The notes below the pieces were generated by a model. The model saw nothing but the letters and a program-made list of their open reading frames with translations, ran no database searches and was not told where the DNA came from. Positions 60,114 through 64,000 of a stretch of DNA of 64,000 nucleotides are shown piece after piece (the first letter of the stretch is position 1; each line of letters begins with the position of its first letter). This stretch comes from an uncultured Chloroflexota bacterium (lineage in GTDB: Bacteria > Chloroflexota > UBA11872): the NCBI GenBank assembly GCA_964522375.1, contig CAZFVB010000002.1, forward strand, positions 3,752 through 67,751, in the 5' to 3' direction. The translations under genes were made by a program, and so were the position numbers.

Positions 60114-62084
60114 TTGCTTCCGCTCTTAGCAGGCATCCAAGTCGCACGATGGCTGATGCCTGGTGAACGTCGAGGCATCGTCGTAATAGGAACCGGGACA
60201 TCTATTGGGATAGGTCTCGTTACATTCCTAGTTTCCACATGTGTGAGATTTTTGCCCTTCACCACAGCTGTCGCCCTGACCTACGCGATAACCGTCGCTA
60301 TCACGATTTTCGCAGTCTGGAAGTGGCGTACGTCTCCGGCGCTCAAGTGGGATCTGAGCAAGCCTCTTTTGGGACTTGTCGTGACCATGCTTGGCATCGT
60401 GCTGCTCGTAACGATTTTGGGTTATGTATCAAGCGTCTGGTACGCCAATTCACACGAAAACTTGTTGATTCAGCTCGCACTCACCGAGCACGTAACAGCT
60501 GGAAACTGGCCACCGGTCCACCCGTGGGAACCTGACACTCTCCAGGTCTATCGCTTTGGCGGCCAGTTGTGGGCAGCCTCCATCAGCACCTCGACTGGCG
60601 CAAGCGTCTTTACAGTAGGACTAGCAGTTACCGTGATCGCTGTATTGGCCCTGCTTTTGGGGTTGATAGCTGCCCTAACCCTACTCAGCAACAAAACCAC
60701 TGGTCTTGTGGGCGCGATGCTGTTTGCCGTTGCTGGGCCTCAGAATTTTTTGGCTCTCACTAAATCCCCGTTTGGGGAATTCACCCCATCCACTGCTCAC
60801 GCACTAACCATTCATAGAAGTCGCCTCCTGCAGGGCTACATCCACGCCTCATCATTTGAGCAACTAGTCTCCTTCAGCTTTACGACACTGGTCGGACTAT
60901 CAGCTGCCGCAGGCGTTGGAGCAATCGCCCTGGCCATAGCCCAAGGGCGAGCACGAATTCTTCCAAGCCTCGTTATAGGCAGCGCCGCATTCGCTGGCAT
61001 GAGCGTCACCAGCGAGCATCTGCTTCCCGTGATGGCAGGAATGCTGTTCCTGGGATCCCTAGCGCTATCGATAGCGAAGCAACCAAAACCGGCGATCTCC
61101 CTTGCCGGACTCGTTGGTTTCGGATCGATCCTTGCCGTAGTCCCATATGGCCCCCTAGCGACCCTGCTTACACCAACCCCGTCGTCCCCTCGTTCCTTCC
61201 TACGACTTGGACTTGATCAGCTATTCACCCTGCCAACTCGTGAATCCCTGTCGCCAGGATCACAATCCCTTTTCTTTCTAACAGATCCTGTTCCTCGCGT
61301 AAGCCTTATTGACCCGCTCATGTGGAAACAGTTCGGATGGGTCCTTGTCGCGATCGCTGGGTCCGGCATCATCGCTATCTGTCGTAGACGTCCTCGCCTT
61401 GCTATCCCCGGCACAGGAGCCCTTCTAGCCCTACTGATCCCGGGAATTCTGCATGACGACTTAAACCCCCACAACACCGCACGTTTCACAACGGTCGGGA
61501 TCCTTCTAGCGTCCACGGCCTTAGCCATAGTGATCGTTAACCTCTGGCGCTGGCGGCCAGCCACTATGCACATTGGCCGACCAATCGCCGTCTGCCTCAC
61601 CGGACTCGCATCGGGCACATGGCTTGTGACCCTTGGCCTTTTACCCAGCCTGGTTTACCAGACAGAAAGTCCGGTTTTGGACCAAGAGTTGTCAGCTACG
61701 TCGTTCACATCCACATTGCCATATCCCCAACGCGCACTGCTCCTTCCCGGACCCCGAACATTCGCAGAACTCAACAGCAGCCTTTATGACGGAATGCACA
61801 AATACGCTGTCACGTTCGGCCGGCTACAGGTTCCGATGGGCTTCGATAATCTAGGGGACCGAGATCGCTACGCTGCCCTTTACGCTCAAGCGCAAGACAC
61901 ACTACAGGCTGACGATCTTGCAGCACTGAGCATTAACCTCCTTTACGTCGCACCAAACCTCCTAACAGCACCACAAAAAGACCTGATCCAAACAGCATTA
62001 GCCAAAGGAACCATCCAACCGATCTTTCAGAGTTCAGGAGGAGCGAGGATGCTCTATCAGGTAACCCCTCATGCCGCCACTTAA
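60114..62084 (+). CDS. Polytopic integral membrane protein of unknown function (more than 14 predicted TM helices; possibly a GT-C-like or polymerase-like protein)
   Basis: 656 aa, almost entirely hydrophobic helices with short loops; no recognisable motif; start uncertain. Confidence 0.45.
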   Translation: MLPLLAGIQVARWLMPGERRGIVVIGTGTSIGIGLVTFLVSTCVRFLPFTTAVALTYAITVAITIFAVWKWRTSPALKWDLSKPLLGLVVTMLGIVLLVTILGYVSSVWYANSHENLLIQLALTEHVTAGNWPPVHPWEPDTLQVYRFGGQLWAASISTSTGASVFTVGLAVTVIAVLALLLGLIAALTLLSNKTTGLVGAMLFAVAGPQNFLALTKSPFGEFTPSTAHALTIHRSRLLQGYIHASSFEQLVSFSFTTLVGLSAAAGVGAIALAIAQGRARILPSLVIGSAAFAGMSVTSEHLLPVMAGMLFLGSLALSIAKQPKPAISLAGLVGFGSILAVVPYGPLATLLTPTPSSPRSFLRLGLDQLFTLPTRESLSPGSQSLFFLTDPVPRVSLIDPLMWKQFGWVLVAIAGSGIIAICRRRPRLAIPGTGALLALLIPGILHDDLNPHNTARFTTVGILLASTALAIVIVNLWRWRPATMHIGRPIAVCLTGLASGTWLVTLGLLPSLVYQTESPVLDQELSATSFTSTLPYPQRALLLPGPRTFAELNSSLYDGMHKYAVTFGRLQVPMGFDNLGDRDRYAALYAQAQDTLQADDLAALSINLLYVAPNLLTAPQKDLIQTALAKGTIQPIFQSSGGARMLYQVTPHAAT

Positions 62085-62817
62085 CCACCGGTGGTTAAGC
62101 GGGCTACTAGTCACGATCACGCTTGCCTCGTGGCTATGGATCTTGCTAGTTCCCATTGCATGGCCGTTGAACCAACCGGACAGGACTGGATTCCGCCTTG
62201 GTCCTGTATCTGAAGACGTTCGAGCAGGCCAAACCTTCGTTGCTTCCGAAGCTTTCAACATTGTTGCTGTTCCAATTTGGCTGGGAGCACCTTTTGGAAA
62301 CCGCCTCGACCTTCAGGCAACCCTTCAAGCTGGGGGCGTCGATGGTGCCCACGTTGCAGCATCGCGTCCGACGCCTGCTTACTCAAGAGAGAGCGGCCCA
62401 GACGTCGTCGAATTTATCTTTGAGTCCACGCTGCCCAGGGACATCTCACTGTACTTGGAGATTCAGGTCCCACGAAGCTCGCCGTGGCCAGTGTTCCTTA
62501 TCGCAACTCGGGGGGATAGAGACTCAACCGGACGTCTGGTTATGAATAGAAACTTCGGCCATGTGGACCAAGATCTGATCTATCAATTACTCCGCCAACA
62601 ATCCGTCTATTCCAGAATGTCGCATTGGTCAACGCATCACCCGTTTGCCCTAGTTGTCGCTATTACGCTGATCACCTTGGTCCACGTCCTCACCTACATG
62701 ACTGTTAGAACTCTTCGCGAAACCGTACAACAACACCTCCCAAGCCCGAGCCTCATGATGCTCACACTCGGTTCATTAGTCACAGGAACATATTTCGCCC
62801 TTGTCATGGTTCGCTGA
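62071..62817 (+). CDS. Hypothetical membrane-anchored protein (N-terminal TM, ~180-aa soluble domain, C-terminal TM)
   Basis: Overlaps the preceding membrane-protein ORF by 14 nt in another frame. Composition is consistent with an extracytoplasmic domain. Confidence 0.4.
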   Translation: MPPLNHRWLSGLLVTITLASWLWILLVPIAWPLNQPDRTGFRLGPVSEDVRAGQTFVASEAFNIVAVPIWLGAPFGNRLDLQATLQAGGVDGAHVAASRPTPAYSRESGPDVVEFIFESTLPRDISLYLEIQVPRSSPWPVFLIATRGDRDSTGRLVMNRNFGHVDQDLIYQLLRQQSVYSRMSHWSTHHPFALVVAITLITLVHVLTYMTVRTLRETVQQHLPSPSLMMLTLGSLVTGTYFALVMVR

Positions 62818-62843
62818 TCCAAGAGCCTGGCCGCCAGCCCCAA

Positions 62844-63581
62844 TTAGTTCGTACGCCGTACCTGGCGTATTAGCAACACCAGTACCACCAACCAGATCGG
62901 AGTGAACACAATTACGTTGGCCACGACCGGTCCCGCCGCCGGCACATAGTCGTCCGGGTTGTGAAGGCTGGTGATATGCACCAGATGCTCCATGGTTTCA
63001 GCAACCGCCGCCGGGATCGAGAGAATACTTACCAAGCCAAACACCGCGAGCATCACGCACAGATATCCCATCCGTAATTCACGCATCCGCCCAACCGAAC
63101 CAAGGAGAAGTCTGGCCGCAAGATGAAACCCATAGATCACAGCACCGGTGATCGCCAACGCCAATCCCTGCCACAAACCCACGCGGAAGTCGATATCGAG
63201 TCGTTGGTTTTCCCGGTCAATACGTGATTGAAGCCCTCGTGCATCATCAAGGGCCTGTGGTTTTTCGGCTTGACCATCCGTATTTGGAGATCCCAAAGCT
63301 TCAGATTCATCGAGGAATGGCTCCCTTATCAACTCTCGCCCATAACTGAATTCCGGACTGATGATCTTGCTCAAACCTGCATTAACCGCCTGAGAGCCTC
63401 CAATAGCCGTCACCAACATGCCCGCAAAAGCCGCAACATACACATAGACCACAAGAAAACCGGCGAGCGAAAATCGAAAGGATCGCTGGGACCGAACCTG
63501 AGAAATCAAATAACCCGCCGAGCCCAGCAGCCCAACGACGATGATCAGAGTAGTAACCACCCCAACTAATTCTGCGCCCAT
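62844..63581 (-). CDS. Hypothetical membrane protein (4-5 TM helices with a central soluble loop)
   Basis: 245 aa; hydrophobic N- and C-terminal segments; no motif recognised. Confidence 0.4.
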   Translation of the reverse strand: MGAELVGVVTTLIIVVGLLGSAGYLISQVRSQRSFRFSLAGFLVVYVYVAAFAGMLVTAIGGSQAVNAGLSKIISPEFSYGRELIREPFLDESEALGSPNTDGQAEKPQALDDARGLQSRIDRENQRLDIDFRVGLWQGLALAITGAVIYGFHLAARLLLGSVGRMRELRMGYLCVMLAVFGLVSILSIPAAVAETMEHLVHITSLHNPDDYVPAAGPVVANVIVFTPIWLVVLVLLIRQVRRTN

Positions 63582-63669
63582 GTGTCACCCCACTCCTGTA
63601 GCGGCGATCTTCGAAACCGCCTTCAATGCTATGACAAACGAGGTTTCAGTTTTTCGGTAGAACCACAAC

Positions 63670-63999
63670 CTATTGACACGCATCCCCCGAGGCGCGAACG
63701 ACAACTGAAACCGTTTGGTTGCCAAACCATCGCACCTGCTCCTTGACCATGCCAATACGCACCTCATACGCACCTGGGTCTGTGGGCGTTGGGATCGGAC
63801 CTTCAAACACGTATCCACCGCCTGGTGGGATTTGAATCCATGGAGAATCCTGCTCGTCGTAAGGGACCGTGAGCCTTCCTTCCAACACATCAAGATCATC
63901 CATCACAAACCGACCATCCGGAACCCGCCACTGGGAACCCAACCGATATTCCCTATCCCACGCGATAGCCCCGGTATTTAAGACTTCAGCCTGAATCAC
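63670..63999 (-). CDS. Hypothetical protein; the ORF begins at a GTG at 63999, one codon from the window edge, and may extend beyond the window
   Basis: Open frame with ordinary amino-acid composition (Pro/Gly-rich beta-type); the N-terminus is unverifiable. Confidence 0.3.
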   Translation of the reverse strand: MIQAEVLNTGAIAWDREYRLGSQWRVPDGRFVMDDLDVLEGRLTVPYDEQDSPWIQIPPGGGYVFEGPIPTPTDPGAYEVRIGMVKEQVRWFGNQTVSVVVRASGDACQ

Positions 64000-64000
64000 C

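Overview
The window is a 64 kb stretch of a moderately GC-rich bacterial chromosome. Its gene content and synteny look like a monoderm, Actinobacteria- or Chloroflexi-like organism. The evidence is the PyrR-attenuated pyr operon with pyrK, a YfhO-family protein, and tlyA-nadK-recN synteny. Four blocks are present. (1) Positions 1-24149, all on the minus strand, hold a roughly 24 kb operon of 19 tightly packed genes, many with 4-nt ATGA overlaps. It encodes a cell-surface polysaccharide or glycoconjugate pathway: a SAM methyltransferase, a CgeB-like glycosyltransferase, eight GT4-type glycosyltransferases, a GT2, a hexapeptide acetyltransferase, a Wzx-like flippase, a Wzm/Wzt ABC exporter whose Wzt carries a long C-terminal domain, a YfhO-family protein, a second large polytopic membrane protein, a radical-SAM/SPASM enzyme translationally coupled to a Trm112-like mini-protein, and a 601-aa soluble protein of unknown function. 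(2) Positions 24.2-37.5 kb, plus strand, form a nucleotide-biosynthesis supercluster. It contains a degenerate MBL-fold protein, pyrG, purA, a Cys-less redoxin, then a textbook PyrR attenuator (promoter, binding loop, GGCC-TTCG-GGCC hairpin and a T10 run) followed by pyrR-pyrB-[MBL-like bridging ORF]-pyrC-carA-carB-pyrK. No pyrD, pyrF or pyrE follows. (3) Positions 37.5-56.5 kb, minus strand, hold housekeeping and sugar-oxidation genes. These are GMC oxidoreductase plus small subunit, an aldo-keto reductase, a CCA-adding enzyme, a MoxR-DUF58-BatA-vWA module with a two-frame overlap that looks like a frameshift, recN, nadK, tlyA, hisB, hisD, dtd and an FmdB zinc ribbon. (4) Positions 56.7-64 kb hold small zinc-ribbon ORFs, a MidA/DUF185 methyltransferase, an aspartase-like lyase and several uncharacterised membrane proteins. 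No rRNA, tRNA, CRISPR array, transposase or integrase was recognised. The most novel-looking content is the rSAM/SPASM plus Trm112-like pair inside the glycan cluster, the cluster's combination of Wzx, ABC-transporter, YfhO and GT-C-like machinery, and the degenerate MBL-fold ORF wedged between pyrB and pyrC.
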